From IMG/VR virus record IMGVR_UViG_3300038321_000417: a stretch of 64,000 nt of DNA. One strand, 5' to 3'. Below are positions 1 to 11,700 of the stretch, one piece after another. The stretch comes from an uncultured virus (IMG/VR IMGVR_UViG_3300038321_000417). Its lineage: Duplodnaviria; Heunggongvirae; Uroviricota; Caudoviricetes. Position numbers and translations under genes: made by a program. The notes below the pieces were generated by a model. It had not been told where the DNA came from. It saw nothing but the letters and a program-made list of their open reading frames with translations, and did no database searches. Numbering within the stretch: position 1 is the first letter of the stretch; every line of letters starts with the position of its first letter.

Positions 1-1554
1 TTATTCTAAAACCAACTGTAAGTAACCAGACGTTAATATAGGATGTACATATTTAAAGTCACTTGTAAATGCTGTTGCACTTACTCCGTCTACTAAATAT
101 TCCTCTGCGATACCCCTTTTACATTTTAATGTTGCACTCCGACCTTTGTATTCTATAAGTATTTGTCTATCATTTTTGAGATACATGTTAATATATGCCA
201 TCTTTTTTACATCATGCTGCATTAAAAATGTTCTAAGATTTGTAGTTTCAAAATTGGGATAGTTAATTACTTTTTTATCATACTTAGTCAAGTCTTCATT
301 TAACTTAGCTACGTCAATAAACTTACTTGAGTAAGTACCAAACGCCATTTTATGCCCGTTAGCTATTGTATACTGCCTAAATATACTTAAATAATCAAAG
401 TTAGAGTCAATTCCTCTAACGCTACCCCTCTTTAAATCTTTGTTTGAATCTGATATAACCCAAGCGGTGTTCCTGTAATGCTCTTTTGCCCTAGAGGCTA
501 TCAAACCAACAAAATTGTCAATGTTTGCCGATATTCCTAATTCTTCTTCATGTTTTAAACTGTTAACATTTAATAAACCCCTTACAATCTTTTCATAAAC
601 CCTGTAGTCGGTATGCTGATACAAATAATCTACTAATTTTCTCTGTTTCTGCTTGTACCCCAACAATTCTGATGTTATCTCCTTTTCGTTAAAGGCTCTT
701 ATTATTTCTAATCCTTTGTTAAACCTAAACAAGCTGTTTATTACAGGTGAGAACTCAAAGTCGATGAAGTTTCTTTCTATTTTAGGTAACCCAAACACAT
801 AGTCATTGGTTTTAAATGAAAGTATAAATTCCACATGCTCAGAGTCATTCCAATACTTATATGTAGTATATAGAAAATACCTACATATCTCATTTTCTAT
901 ATCTCTTGAATCTGATAACAGGGTAATTCCTACCCATATTTTATTTTCTATACTCTCTATCCATTGTTTAGCTTCTTTTTCAAATCCCATCCCCTTTAGT
1001 ATCCAATATAAAGCATAGTATACAACTCCTGCACCCGATAAAGTCACTATCGAATCAGGTACGTCATCTTGTTTATACTGATTATTGATTAAAGTATACA
1101 AATCTTTTTCTTTAAGTATATCTTGAGGTATATGGTGATCTATGCAAACCACTTTTATATTTTCCTTATTTAGCCGATCTATGTAATCAGCTTCTATTGT
1201 AAAGTCTACGCACAAGCACAAATCTATCCTGTTTTTCTTACATGTACTTATGACCCTTTTTTCAAACCCATGCTTGCGGTCGCTGTTCACAAACTGGAAA
1301 TACTTCTTACCAGTTATTCTACAAAAGTTGCTTGCCATTTCGCCTGCAAGTAAGCCGTCAACATCAGGATCATAATAAACTAATACCCTGTTTGCTTGAC
1401 CTATTAACCTACTCGCACTTTCAACGCCTATAGGTTTATACATAAAAAATTCAGGGGTATTATCCTCTAGTACCCCTGTCTTGAACCCCATATCGTCTGT
1501 CCGTTCTGAAATTAAAGTATCCCAATCTAAATCTAACTTTGTAAACTTTATCAT
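1..1554 (-). CDS. recJ: RecJ-like DHH-family ssDNA exonuclease
   Basis: Motifs DPDVDG, CVD, IDHH, SGAGV, LSD, and a DHHA1-like GSVRG...GHKMAFG. Confidence 0.85.
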   Translation of the reverse strand: MIKFTKLDLDWDTLISERTDDMGFKTGVLEDNTPEFFMYKPIGVESASRLIGQANRVLVYYDPDVDGLLAGEMASNFCRITGKKYFQFVNSDRKHGFEKRVISTCKKNRIDLCLCVDFTIEADYIDRLNKENIKVVCIDHHIPQDILKEKDLYTLINNQYKQDDVPDSIVTLSGAGVVYYALYWILKGMGFEKEAKQWIESIENKIWVGITLLSDSRDIENEICRYFLYTTYKYWNDSEHVEFILSFKTNDYVFGLPKIERNFIDFEFSPVINSLFRFNKGLEIIRAFNEKEITSELLGYKQKQRKLVDYLYQHTDYRVYEKIVRGLLNVNSLKHEEELGISANIDNFVGLIASRAKEHYRNTAWVISDSNKDLKRGSVRGIDSNFDYLSIFRQYTIANGHKMAFGTYSSKFIDVAKLNEDLTKYDKKVINYPNFETTNLRTFLMQHDVKKMAYINMYLKNDRQILIEYKGRSATLKCKRGIAEEYLVDGVSATAFTSDFKYVHPILTSGYLQLVLE

Positions 1555-1558
1555 ATCG

Positions 1559-2444
1559 TTAGTCCTTTATCTTTTTTCGTATTTTATCGGCAATTATAGA
1601 TTCTAAGCAATAACCATCAGAATGGTTTAAAGAGTCAAAAATAACGAACGGATCTTTAAAAAAGACGTTTTCATAGTTACGCATATCTCCTACGGTGACC
1701 CTACCGTCCTCGCTTAGTTTTATTATACCATGATCTACATAATGACTTAACCGTGTATCCCCCAATTCAGCAATAACTGCCGATACAGGTACGCCCATTT
1801 CTTTTGATAGGTTATCCAGTATATTAAAGTATAACTTTAAGGAATCCCTGTTGTATACCCCTTTTCCTATCACTCCTGCTGTAACTTTGCCATCTTCCCA
1901 ATGTTTAGCACATACTCCCGTGAATGCATAATCTTCTTCGCCTGTTAACTCTCTTATTATTGTGTTATCTAAATTATTTATGCAAGCGTTCATAGATGCT
2001 CTTTTGTTACACCAACACATCCCTTTTATCTCTACAATTCTATCGGCAATTCCCAGTATGTTCTTAGTTCCAATATACAAGTTACCTGTATAGTCACTTC
2101 GTAATGCAAATACCACTACAGGTAAGCCCCTATTTGCTATTTTACGTAATCCTAAAATAGCTGCATTACTCAAATACTGTCCGTTATCTACAAGTACAAT
2201 ATCTATTTTTTCAGAAACCGCTAAAAGTAATACCCGTCTGTATATATCATAGTCGGGTAAAACAGGCTCTGCCGGGCAATTCAACCCCATGTCATTAACT
2301 ATCATGTTCCGTTTATCTTCTATATTCGTGTACACATTAAAAGCAACAGGTTTCATGCCTTTTTTTTCTATAATTGTTGTATATTTTTATTAAGTCACTT
2401 GACTTACCGCAATTGTAAGTTCCATAATTCAAAATAAAACTCAT
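1559..2444 (-). CDS. tdk: Thymidine kinase (TK1/Tdk type) with C-terminal extension; frameshifted at an A8 run (2360-2367)
   Basis: ORF 1559-2356 has VLVDNGQYL, ALRSDY, and the Zn ligands CWC...CAKH. The P-loop segment MSFILNYGTYNCGKS starts at ATG 2444 (SD-like AAAGG upstream), one base out of frame. Confidence 0.8.
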
Positions 2445-2467
2445 ACCTTTACCGCCTTTTCTTTAGT

Positions 2468-4420
2468 TTATACTTCTTCTACGCATGAAAAGTCACATTC
2501 TTTTAGAAAATCCCCCATATTGTTATCAGCCGTTACAATTGTTAAATTTTCTACTGCCCTTGTGCAAGCAACATAATGTAATCTTCTTTCTTCTTCATAT
2601 ATTGCAACTGCACACATAGAGTCAGGTGGAAAAGATTTTTCTGTATCTGCAAACAATATTACATTGTCCCAGCCTTTACCCTTTGCGCTATGCACAGTAG
2701 ACAAAATAACCCCTGTCTTCGCATTTTTACACAGTATCATTTCGTCATTTATCATTGAAATAGCTTCATTTAAAGAGGCTAAATTATACTTATCCTCTGT
2801 AATAAAGTATTTTCTAATGTAATCAATACAGTTACCTGCATATATAATTGCTTCGCCGTAAAGTTTATTATAGTCGTATACAAGCGAACCAAATTGAGTG
2901 CAAGCGTTAAACACTAAAGCATCAAAGTCTTTATCTACTTTGTACTGTTTTGCAAGTGAATGAAAGTAATATAACGGCTCAGCCAATAATCTAACGTCAT
3001 TCTCATCTAAGTCTAGTAGCTTTTCTGCTATTGTTTTAATTTTATCCGCCCTGTAACCTAAGATACTTTTTAATACCCCTCCACATTCTGCCAGTGTTTT
3101 GCTGTTTGTACACATTTTAATCAGGTCTAAAACACTGCAAAATGCCTTATCTGCCGTCAACGTCATTAGATCACTGGAAGTAATAAAACTAATCTTATTC
3201 TTTAATAAAACCAACATAATAGGTATTGCATGTCTATTAATTCTCATGAGTATTGCTGTGTTGTTTTGTTCTTTTAAAGATAAGCTATTTATTTCATCCT
3301 CTAGTGCCGTTGCCATGTCCAATAGTGACATTGACTTTGCGCTAATTATATTTATTTTACCCCCTGTAGAATACGCTTTTAATTCTTTTTCAAACCTTAC
3401 CTTATTCTTTACAATAGACTTTTTGACAAAATTAACAATGTTGGATTTACAACGGTAGTTATACTCCAGTTTCTTAACAGTGAATCCAAAATCCTCTTGA
3501 AATTTCTTTGTTATTATGTCTACATCCCCACCCCGCCATGAGTAAATGGCTTGATCGTCATCCCCAATAGCAAATAGATCTTTGTTATCCCCTTTAAAGT
3601 AATGTTTGAGTACCTCATATTGAATTGTCGACAAGTCTTGGCATTCATCTATATAGAGTGAAGTATAGAGCTTTGAAATGTATTTACTTAAATTCTCATT
3701 CGCAAGCAGCCCCCTGTATAGGTATGTCTGAATATCATCAAAATCCAATACTTTCATATTACTTTTTAAGTCCGTGAACCTCTCATATATGGTGATTACC
3801 TCGTTTGGCAACAAGTCTAAACTACTTTCATTTTCAAGTAACACCTGATTTATCGGCTTTAACGAGTTACTGAATAAAGTAAATAATGTACTTAAATTAA
3901 CCAGTTCTTCCTGCGATTTTAAAACGGTAATACCCTTTGTTGCTGAACGAATTAAACCCATTCGCTTAGATTCACTAATTATTTCCCAGTTAACACCTGC
4001 GTATCTAAGTACCTCTAAGAATACGGAGTGTACTGTACCAAACCTAATAGCGTTATATACTGCTGAATTAATGTTTAGTTTAGAACACAGCTTTGTAAAC
4101 TCTGATCTTAGTTTCTCTGCATCCGATTTTAAAAAAGAAAAAACCGCTGTCTTAGCAGGATTAATCTCATTATTCCTTAACTTATATGCAAGTCTCAGTA
4201 ACAAAACAGTTGTTTTACCTGATCCTGCGCATGAAATAACACACAAAGGTGAATCTTTATACGCTATAATGTCGGATATCACTTCCCAGTTAAATATTTC
4301 ATACCCTTGTTTTTTCTCTAAAATTTCATGGTATTTCTTTAAACTAATTTTTGTATTATTTTCTTTATTTACGTCTGCCATTAAGTCTATGAATTCTTTT
4401 TCTTCCAATGTAAAGTTCAC
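2468..4420 (-). CDS. UvrD/PcrA/Rep-like SF1A helicase
   Basis: CAGSGKT, GTVHS, IDECQD, IGDDDQAIYSWRG, YNYRC, STVHSAKG, EERRLHYVACTRA. Confidence 0.92.
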   Translation of the reverse strand: MNFTLEEKEFIDLMADVNKENNTKISLKKYHEILEKKQGYEIFNWEVISDIIAYKDSPLCVISCAGSGKTTVLLLRLAYKLRNNEINPAKTAVFSFLKSDAEKLRSEFTKLCSKLNINSAVYNAIRFGTVHSVFLEVLRYAGVNWEIISESKRMGLIRSATKGITVLKSQEELVNLSTLFTLFSNSLKPINQVLLENESSLDLLPNEVITIYERFTDLKSNMKVLDFDDIQTYLYRGLLANENLSKYISKLYTSLYIDECQDLSTIQYEVLKHYFKGDNKDLFAIGDDDQAIYSWRGGDVDIITKKFQEDFGFTVKKLEYNYRCKSNIVNFVKKSIVKNKVRFEKELKAYSTGGKINIISAKSMSLLDMATALEDEINSLSLKEQNNTAILMRINRHAIPIMLVLLKNKISFITSSDLMTLTADKAFCSVLDLIKMCTNSKTLAECGGVLKSILGYRADKIKTIAEKLLDLDENDVRLLAEPLYYFHSLAKQYKVDKDFDALVFNACTQFGSLVYDYNKLYGEAIIYAGNCIDYIRKYFITEDKYNLASLNEAISMINDEMILCKNAKTGVILSTVHSAKGKGWDNVILFADTEKSFPPDSMCAVAIYEEERRLHYVACTRAVENLTIVTADNNMGDFLKECDFSCVEEV

Positions 4421-4479
4421 GCCGATTCTCCTTTTTCTTTTTGAATCTTTACGGCTTCTGTCGCTATAACTATATGTTG

Positions 4480-5814
4480 TTATAGCCCCAAGTTAATTTC
4501 TTCCTCATTGAGTCCATATCTCTCAATATAGTCTTCTTCACAAAAATGTAGTTTCTGCGCTTTCAAAGCATGGTATACATATACAGGATACCTCACTTTG
4601 TAAGTTCTGTATGCTCCCTCTCCGCAATATCTGTCGCTTCTTGAGTAAAGTGTCAATTCTACTTCTTTATTGCTGTCAAGAGGATATACCCTGTTTGTGT
4701 CCCTTAAAAAGACTGAATCTTTAGCAATCTTGCTACGTTTTCTATTTGTTTTATTTCCCGTTTCATTAAAAAGATCAATAGTATGCTTATCTATGCACAA
4801 GTGCAATATCCCTAACCCTTTTAAAGGTAGGGTATCATTCCTTAGAGTGATTCTTTTTAACATGTACTCTTCCTTTAAAAACTTCGCATATTCCTCTGGT
4901 GATGAGTCATACAGTTTTTCAAATCCAGCCCTCGTATTTAAAGGTTTAGGAACAATTCTAACAAGTATCGAATCACTATTTTTTAAGTATTCCTTGAATA
5001 TAATAATTGTTTCATCATCTATTTTTGGATTTAATACATCACATATAGTAACTTGACTTAGTACAGTACCGTCTTTCATTGACATTAATATTTCTTTTTT
5101 CTTTTCTAACAGACACCTTTCAACCAGTCTAAATGCTTTCCTGCTGTCATACCCCTTTTTCTTTGCCACTCCCATCAAGCCGCTAATATACTTATAATGC
5201 TGTAACTCCATAGTTTTTAAGAATACATAACGCCTATATTTTTCTTGTATGTCCTCTCTGTCTGACGGTTTAGGCATTAATATTAAATGTACTTTACTTG
5301 ATAAATATGTATCATCCCATAGGGAACAAAGTAAAGTACCGAACATTTCAGGTCTATACTGTAAATCAACTTCGATTTGAATTTTACTACTTTTAAATAA
5401 GCTACTGCCTTTTTCTATGTACTGCTCAAATAACAATCCGGCTATCATTCTTAGTGTCGCTAATTCCTTATCCGTGTCAAGTCCTACTTGCAATATTTTA
5501 GAGATATCTAATAACCAAAAGTTATCCCGATATACATACGAACCGTTCACCCTTAAAAACACTGTAGACAACTTTAATGAAGTCGGATTTTTTAACTTCT
5601 TACATATTATATTACTTTGCCCTAAGTTAACTGCAAACAAATGATCAAAGTTTATACTTTGCGTAACCTTTTTCGAGTAGGTTAAATCCGTAACATCCAA
5701 CTTATACCCTTTGTTGCTTAAATACAATGCCATTTGTCCTATTAGCTTAATTTCTGTTATGTCCTCAACTCTATCTGTCCCATATATGCCCGAAAACTTA
5801 ACCACTTCACTCAT
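4480..5814 (-). CDS. Hypothetical protein (444 aa)
   Basis: Long ORF with SD (AAGGGG); overlaps the end of the upstream gene; no motif recognised. Confidence 0.7.
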   Translation of the reverse strand: MSEVVKFSGIYGTDRVEDITEIKLIGQMALYLSNKGYKLDVTDLTYSKKVTQSINFDHLFAVNLGQSNIICKKLKNPTSLKLSTVFLRVNGSYVYRDNFWLLDISKILQVGLDTDKELATLRMIAGLLFEQYIEKGSSLFKSSKIQIEVDLQYRPEMFGTLLCSLWDDTYLSSKVHLILMPKPSDREDIQEKYRRYVFLKTMELQHYKYISGLMGVAKKKGYDSRKAFRLVERCLLEKKKEILMSMKDGTVLSQVTICDVLNPKIDDETIIIFKEYLKNSDSILVRIVPKPLNTRAGFEKLYDSSPEEYAKFLKEEYMLKRITLRNDTLPLKGLGILHLCIDKHTIDLFNETGNKTNRKRSKIAKDSVFLRDTNRVYPLDSNKEVELTLYSRSDRYCGEGAYRTYKVRYPVYVYHALKAQKLHFCEEDYIERYGLNEEEINLGL

Positions 5815-6394
5815 TGTCTTGCCCCCTTAATACTGTAATTACTAAACCATAATCAGGATGCCCTGTATTACTTAAAATGTGCTTCATATGCTCTATTTCA
5901 CTGTTTTTTATCGCCTTTAGCTTCTTTACTTTATAATGTTTGGTGTATGCTCCTAATATCTTTAAAACTTCAATTAACCTTGCCCTGTCCACGTATTCAT
6001 TTTCTTCTGAATCCTCAACGTAAGCCGATAAATCAAAGTCAAAATATTCCATCAATAAATCTCTACCGAAAAATACATTACGTAAATGCCTTAGCTTTTT
6101 TGAGTCTGTAGCCTCTAAAATTTCTTTAACAAGGTTTGCCCCTTTTTCTTCCTTTTCAAACTTCTGTTTGTAATAGCTAACCCTTGCCTTTAAAGCATTA
6201 TAAGCCTTTTTGTCCGCCCTCTGAAAGCTTGAATATCCAAATAGAAGTATATTGAATATTGCAGGATCAGTAATAGACCGCCAATATTCATATATTAAAT
6301 CAATAATACTGCGCTGTTCATTGCTTATTTTACGGTATACTTCGCTATTCTTTAACACTGCAAACTCTTTTAATGTCACGAATAAAAACCTCAC
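5807..6394 (-). CDS. Hypothetical protein (about 190 aa)
   Basis: ORF downstream of a sigmaA-like promoter; the true start may be the GTG a few codons in, after GAGG. Confidence 0.65.
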   Translation of the reverse strand: MRFLFVTLKEFAVLKNSEVYRKISNEQRSIIDLIYEYWRSITDPAIFNILLFGYSSFQRADKKAYNALKARVSYYKQKFEKEEKGANLVKEILEATDSKKLRHLRNVFFGRDLLMEYFDFDLSAYVEDSEENEYVDRARLIEVLKILGAYTKHYKVKKLKAIKNSEIEHMKHILSNTGHPDYGLVITVLRGQDNE

Positions 6395-6469
6395 TATTTC
6401 TTACTCAAACGATTTGCGATCTTCTTTCCCTCTTTATATTTTATTTTTGCAAACCCCGACTTTTACCCC

Positions 6470-6498
6470 ATTATATCATTTTTAAAAGCACATTTCAA
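6470..6498 (-). promoter_or_regulatory. sigmaA/sigma70-type promoter
   Basis: Minus strand reads TTGAAA-17 nt-TATAAT with an extended -10 TG; lies just downstream of a terminator. Confidence 0.7.
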
Positions 6499-6547
6499 GA
6501 CTTCGCTTAACTTTTCTTATTATTTTTATCTAACTTTTTCTTACCTA

Positions 6548-6589
6548 TAAAAAATAAAAGACTTTACTTAAATAAGTAAAGTCTTTTAT
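6548..6589 (-). terminator. Intrinsic terminator
   Basis: 16-bp inverted repeat ATAAAAGACTTTACTT/AAGTAAAGTCTTTTAT followed by a U-tract on the minus strand. Confidence 0.8.
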
Positions 6590-6602
6590 CTACGTTAGGC
6601 AA

Positions 6603-7118
6603 TTAACCTCTAAGCTTTGACGGATCAACTTCAATCTCTCCGCTTACAAGGTTGAACACATCCTCTAACTTCTTTAATATCGCTTTTATGTCCTGCTCTG
6701 CAAACAATTCTTTTCCCAGTTTGGTAGCTTCAAATTCACCTGTCTCATTGATGTGGGCAATAGTCTTGACCTCTTCATATTCGTCAATGTAATCAAGGTA
6801 TTGCTTTTCGCTCTTTACCCATAAGTCAATTGCTGTTTCCCACAAGGAAAAATCTGCGTACCCTGTTTCGCTATCTACGCCATCCATATCCTTAACATCA
6901 ATAACATACGCCGAACAGGAAGTGAAACCTACTGCTATTGTCTCGCCATCTTTAGTTAAGTACTCATTACCTAAGCCAAATATGTGATCCTTACCACTGT
7001 TTTTAACACCTTTTAATTTGTTCTTTAATTGCCCTATCATCATCAACGCCACTCCTTTTATTTCATAAAAATTTAATTTTATTAACCTTATATCTTTATT
7101 GTCTTTATTACCTGCCAA
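6603..7118 (-). CDS. Hypothetical protein (acidic, up to 171 aa)
   Basis: ORF; the true start is probably the internal ATG after AAAGGAG (MMIGQL...). Confidence 0.6.
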   Translation of the reverse strand: MAGNKDNKDIRLIKLNFYEIKGVALMMIGQLKNKLKGVKNSGKDHIFGLGNEYLTKDGETIAVGFTSCSAYVIDVKDMDGVDSETGYADFSLWETAIDLWVKSEKQYLDYIDEYEEVKTIAHINETGEFEATKLGKELFAEQDIKAILKKLEDVFNLVSGEIEVDPSKLRG

Positions 7119-7121
7119 GTA

Positions 7122-7346
7122 TTAACGTCGAATTATTTCAAATATATTTTTTCTATTTATAGCAAACTTATTCACCGTTAGGTTAATTAAACGATCATAG
7201 GTTTGGCTAATCTTTAAAAACATTTCAACATCCCCTGTTTCCTTGTTATCGGGATGATACTTCTTTGCAAACTCCTTATAAACTTTCCTTAACTCTTGCT
7301 CTTTAAAGTCCACTTTTAACCCAAATAATTCTAAATCTTTTAACAT
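7122..7346 (-). CDS. Stand-alone J-domain (DnaJ-like) protein
   Basis: LRKVYKEFAKKYHPDNKETGDVEMFLKISQTYDRL, a J-domain with the HPD motif. Confidence 0.85.
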   Translation of the reverse strand: MLKDLELFGLKVDFKEQELRKVYKEFAKKYHPDNKETGDVEMFLKISQTYDRLINLTVNKFAINRKNIFEIIRR

Positions 7347-7347
7347 G

Positions 7348-7881
7348 TTATGCCAACTCCCTAACTATATCAGATAATCTGTTTATGTATTTCCAACTCT
7401 TACCCTCTGCCCTACCTTTATTGTACGGTTTTTTAACCATATATACGTAATTAAAATCGCAATCTAAAACGCAAGGATTGTCCTCTATAACATACGAATA
7501 CTTACTGTAATTTTTATTAGTATGGCAAGTAAAAAACTCAAAATTTTCTATCCCATTTTTTAATAAAATTTGCTTTTTAACTTCTACTGTCGCATCTGAC
7601 ACCCCTACCGATTCTATCTTATAAGGTATGTGATGATCTTTTAACCAATTTATAAACACCAGCGCATCTCTGTCAATATCAACCCCGTCATATATTTCTG
7701 GTATCTTCCATAACTCATTAATACCTTTAAGCAGTAAAGCCTTTTCAACATTATATTGCTTTACGTCTTCGCTTTTAATGTTTAGTCCTTTCCTTTCATT
7801 TAAAACCCTTAAAAATCCGCCCAATGTATCTGCTAATACATTATCAAAATCAATTAAAAACGAAACGCTATTCTTCAACAT
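7348..7881 (-). CDS. HAD-family 5'(3')-deoxyribonucleotidase-like phosphatase
   Basis: DFDNVLADT (DxD motif I), K, IEDNP, KPYN, typical of NT5C-like phage proteins. Confidence 0.75.
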   Translation of the reverse strand: MLKNSVSFLIDFDNVLADTLGGFLRVLNERKGLNIKSEDVKQYNVEKALLLKGINELWKIPEIYDGVDIDRDALVFINWLKDHHIPYKIESVGVSDATVEVKKQILLKNGIENFEFFTCHTNKNYSKYSYVIEDNPCVLDCDFNYVYMVKKPYNKGRAEGKSWKYINRLSDIVRELA

Positions 7882-8157
7882 TGTATGTAGCCCCCCCCCC
7901 TTACTTAGTATAGTCTTAATTTAAACTTATAATAGTGTGATTGTCTTTTTATTTATTTAACTACTTTTTATTTTATTTGTTTTTAATGATTCTACGGTGA
8001 TTTCCTTTTGGCTCTTAAACTACAATATGCCTTTATCGCAAACACTGTGATTAAACCATTACATACTATATCTATTATACTTAGGTACGTAAGCCCTTTA
8101 CTTAACAACGTTTCACCACATACTTAACTAAGTCACTAACTAAGTGCAATTTATTAT

Positions 8158-8203
8158 AAAATAAAAAAGACTTAAACACTATCAAATGTCTAAGTCTTTT
8201 TAT
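8158..8203 (-). terminator. Intrinsic terminator
   Basis: AAAAAGACTTA...TAAGTCTTTTT hairpin with U-tract. Confidence 0.65.
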
Positions 8204-8214
8204 CCTTTATCCCT

Positions 8215-8769
8215 CTACTTGCGTACTAAATGCAATCGACTTCTTACGTATTCAACAAAACCTTTTGGAAATATACTTTTTTGTGATGTTAATATAAATT
8301 CTCTACCATCTACCCTCTGTAACCAAAGTACATTCGCATTTCCGGCTGTATAACAAGCTATGTCGCTCATATTGTCACACCCAACAAATATTGTGTTTAA
8401 CAACGATGGTAGGAATTGCTCACTTTGAAGTCTAAGAAATACTCCCCTTTCCCCTACCCTATCAATTATTCTCAAATACTCCGATTCCCTGTCTACTAGA
8501 AAATCCCGAATAAAGACATAAAGTAGCTTATAATTAAAGTGAGGCAAGAATAACCTTTGCAGCTTGCCTCTTTTTGTATAACTCTGAAACGGATTCAATG
8601 TGACCTCTGTTTCAAAAAGTATATCTCTTGTTTTTGTAATGTAAGCAGTCCAATTACTTTTTGAGCCTAACTTGATTATTCCTGTACCGAACATCTGCTC
8701 TAGTTGATCGTCCGACTTCAGTTCTTTCATGTGAAAGTCACTACCTACTTTGTAGTACACAAGCCTCAT
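8215..8769 (-). CDS. Hypothetical protein (184 aa), probably co-transcribed with the FtsK-like gene
   Basis: Starts 4 nt after the stop of the 1349-aa gene. Confidence 0.65.
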   Translation of the reverse strand: MRLVYYKVGSDFHMKELKSDDQLEQMFGTGIIKLGSKSNWTAYITKTRDILFETEVTLNPFQSYTKRGKLQRLFLPHFNYKLLYVFIRDFLVDRESEYLRIIDRVGERGVFLRLQSEQFLPSLLNTIFVGCDNMSDIACYTAGNANVLWLQRVDGREFILTSQKSIFPKGFVEYVRSRLHLVRK

Positions 8770-8773
8770 ATAC

Positions 8774-11700
8774 TCACTTCCCTCTCAAAGCCGATTTTAT
8801 TGCCATCCCTACAAGTACTAAGGGTAATACAAACCCCCCGAATGTTGCCCCTATTGCTGCTGTCGCTGCGAATGTTCCCCCTGTTGCCAATACTTTAACA
8901 CTTTTCGGTATTTTATTGTTCCTGTAAAAATTAGAAATAACTCCTGCTTTTGTGGGAATATACTGCTTATTATTTTTCGCCGCAACTTCTATATAATTAT
9001 CAGATCTATCCTGTGTTGCTTTGTCTTCCTTGTATTCGCTAGTTACTTCGGTCTGTTTGCGTTTTATTACATGTTCACCTACTTTAACATACCCTACACT
9101 TGGTAACCGCTTAAACAACTCTGACCATTTATTAATCCCTAAGTCTACTTGGAGCTTATGCACGTACTCAAAACTACTCAAAACTAAATGATTTAATTTC
9201 TTTAACTTTCTTAAACAACCAAAATCGAATAACTCCCCCAATGTCCCATTTTCTAAATGTCTTTTTATTAACGGATTACCTACGTTCTCTGCTGTAGCAT
9301 TAATTTGTAGCATACTGCCATTAACGCACAAATGCCCCTCTGCTATTTCGATAGCGTAAACTCTTTCAAGTCCACCAAAATTTAAGCGTATTTGCTCTAA
9401 TATTCTTTCAGTTATATCTTTAAAAACATTCCTGTAATACCTATCGTTATTCATTAAGTATTTAGCCGCTTTACCTAAATTCTTACCAGCTAATGTGTTG
9501 TCTATAGATACATTTACAGGTATTACCTCTGCTTTTTTATACTGATCAGCCCCTGATGTGCCTATCTCCGCTATTATACCACTAGCACTTTGATAAGGCA
9601 AATTATTTCCAGAAAATACTTCTTTATTTAATTCAGCATTAAAACCACAATCTGAAACTTCACCCATTCCCCGTTCTAAAGTGTTGTTTTTATTTATTGT
9701 GCTTTGATTTTCACTAAAGTCCTCACCTAATCCAATTAACATATCCTCATAAAGTGAATCATCTTCAAAATTGTCAAAGTCATCGTAAAGTTCGGATTCT
9801 TCTATGCTTTGAGTGCTACTACCCTTTTTGTACGGTACATCAAACCCATATGCACCAGATAACGGTTCTATTCCATTATACCTAGTTTTAATTAAATACT
9901 CATATAAGTCCTCATATCCGTATTGCTGTAGATATCCTGATCTAATCATTCCCTCTATTGTTTCGTTTAATATTCTTAGTCCTCTTTCATACCCCTCGGG
10001 ATAATACCGCATTAAAAAGTCTTTAAACTCTCTTTCATTCTCCGATTCCTTAAAGTAGATACTTTTTACCAGTACTGGATCAGCTGTTTTGGAAGGGTAA
10101 AAAGCGAACAAGCCCTGACTTTGCTTCTTTTGATTAAGTAATTCAACACCAGTAGTCTCAAAACCAGAATCTATTTGTTGGTATAACTCTGAATCGTACT
10201 TTAATTTTAAAGACTGTGTTACGATTGATGGTGAAAGTTTAGCGCCCATTACAAAATGGTTCATGTTAGTTGTCAATTGCCCTAATTGCCCTGCTTTTGG
10301 AGATTGAGTTGCGTATAATCTCCAACACCCTGCTGTCCTTGCCATTGAACCTATTGTACAAAGCATATTAAGTAACTTTTTTTCATACCTCTTGTCATTC
10401 AACATAGATTCAATTTCGTCTACAAAAAAAGCAGTGTATGAAATATCTAACACGTTTGAATCTTTCCAGTTTTTTAAGTAATCATCTACCCCTTTTATGG
10501 TATCGCCTGTTCTTACTCTTTCGCTAAATTGTCTTAACGCTATTTCCTTATAGTACTTAAAGTACGCTTCTTGAAAACGTAATCCCATAAAATACTCAGG
10601 AACACTCTGTTCAACAAGTTTATTATCTTTACCGTAAACCTTTAACATTGCTTCGGCATTACCAAAACCCATGTAACCTAAACTTTTAGTCATTTGTGCC
10701 GCTTCATTTTTGGCATCTACGGTTATTAACGGGCAACCATGCTTTATTAACTGTACAATTGCAGTCCATGTTGCAACTGTTTTACCGCTACCATTACCGC
10801 CACCATATGTAAACGACCAACTGCCAGATGATCTTGTGTCCGCATATACCGCTCCATTTGGTGCAATACCTACAAATAAACGCTCCAAGTTACCAAAATC
10901 AACATCCCGTAAGTACTCCGATGCAAATACTCCCGTCTTGTTCAAACAATCCGTAAGTAGGAAGTTTTTCTGCATCACATCCTCTTTTAACGTCATTATT
11001 CTAAGACTATTTTTGGGTGCTGACGAAACAGTATGTATAGTGTGTATGCTGTTAAACCTTAAATTACACATCATTTCTAACTTTGAAAATGAAGTGTACA
11101 TGTCATTAGAAAACGTTTGGCTCGTGTCTCCTACAAGTCCTGCATAGATACTGCCCGATAATGGAAGTAAGAAAAAATACTCTATACTTACATCAGTTTC
11201 TTTATAAAGTATCTTCAATGAATACATGTCGTAACCGTCGGTGTCATTCTCAAAATTCTCATTAACATATAGGCTCTTACCCTCGTTAATGTCAGATTTC
11301 AGCTTTTCTCTATACTTAACAGGAACATCATATATGTAGTCTAAGTCTGCCTTTTTTAATGGTTTTGAAAATGCTCTTATGAATAATTCTGTTTCGCTAA
11401 CAGGTAACACCCGATACCCCTCTTTTATTAAAACATAATAGAAGTGCTGTTGCAACGCTATATTAATATCCCAATTGGAATAATCCTGTAGGAATTGGTT
11501 TAATCTTGTCAGGCACTCTGTGTGTTTGTCTAAATTAGTTAAAAAATTACTTGCTTGAACAAAACCGTCTAAGTTGAATATTCTCAGATAGGTTTTAAAC
11601 CTGTCTGATACTTCATCGTTCTTTTCAACCCCTATTACTTTAAAGTTTCCTCGTGCCTTAGCTACAAGTTCAAACACCTTAATAGGGTCAATCCAATAAT

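Noticed and set aside
7901..8157. AT-rich intergenic region with a TAACTAAGT direct repeat, considered as an origin or ncRNA
   Set aside because: Only two short copies and no convincing structure or iteron array.
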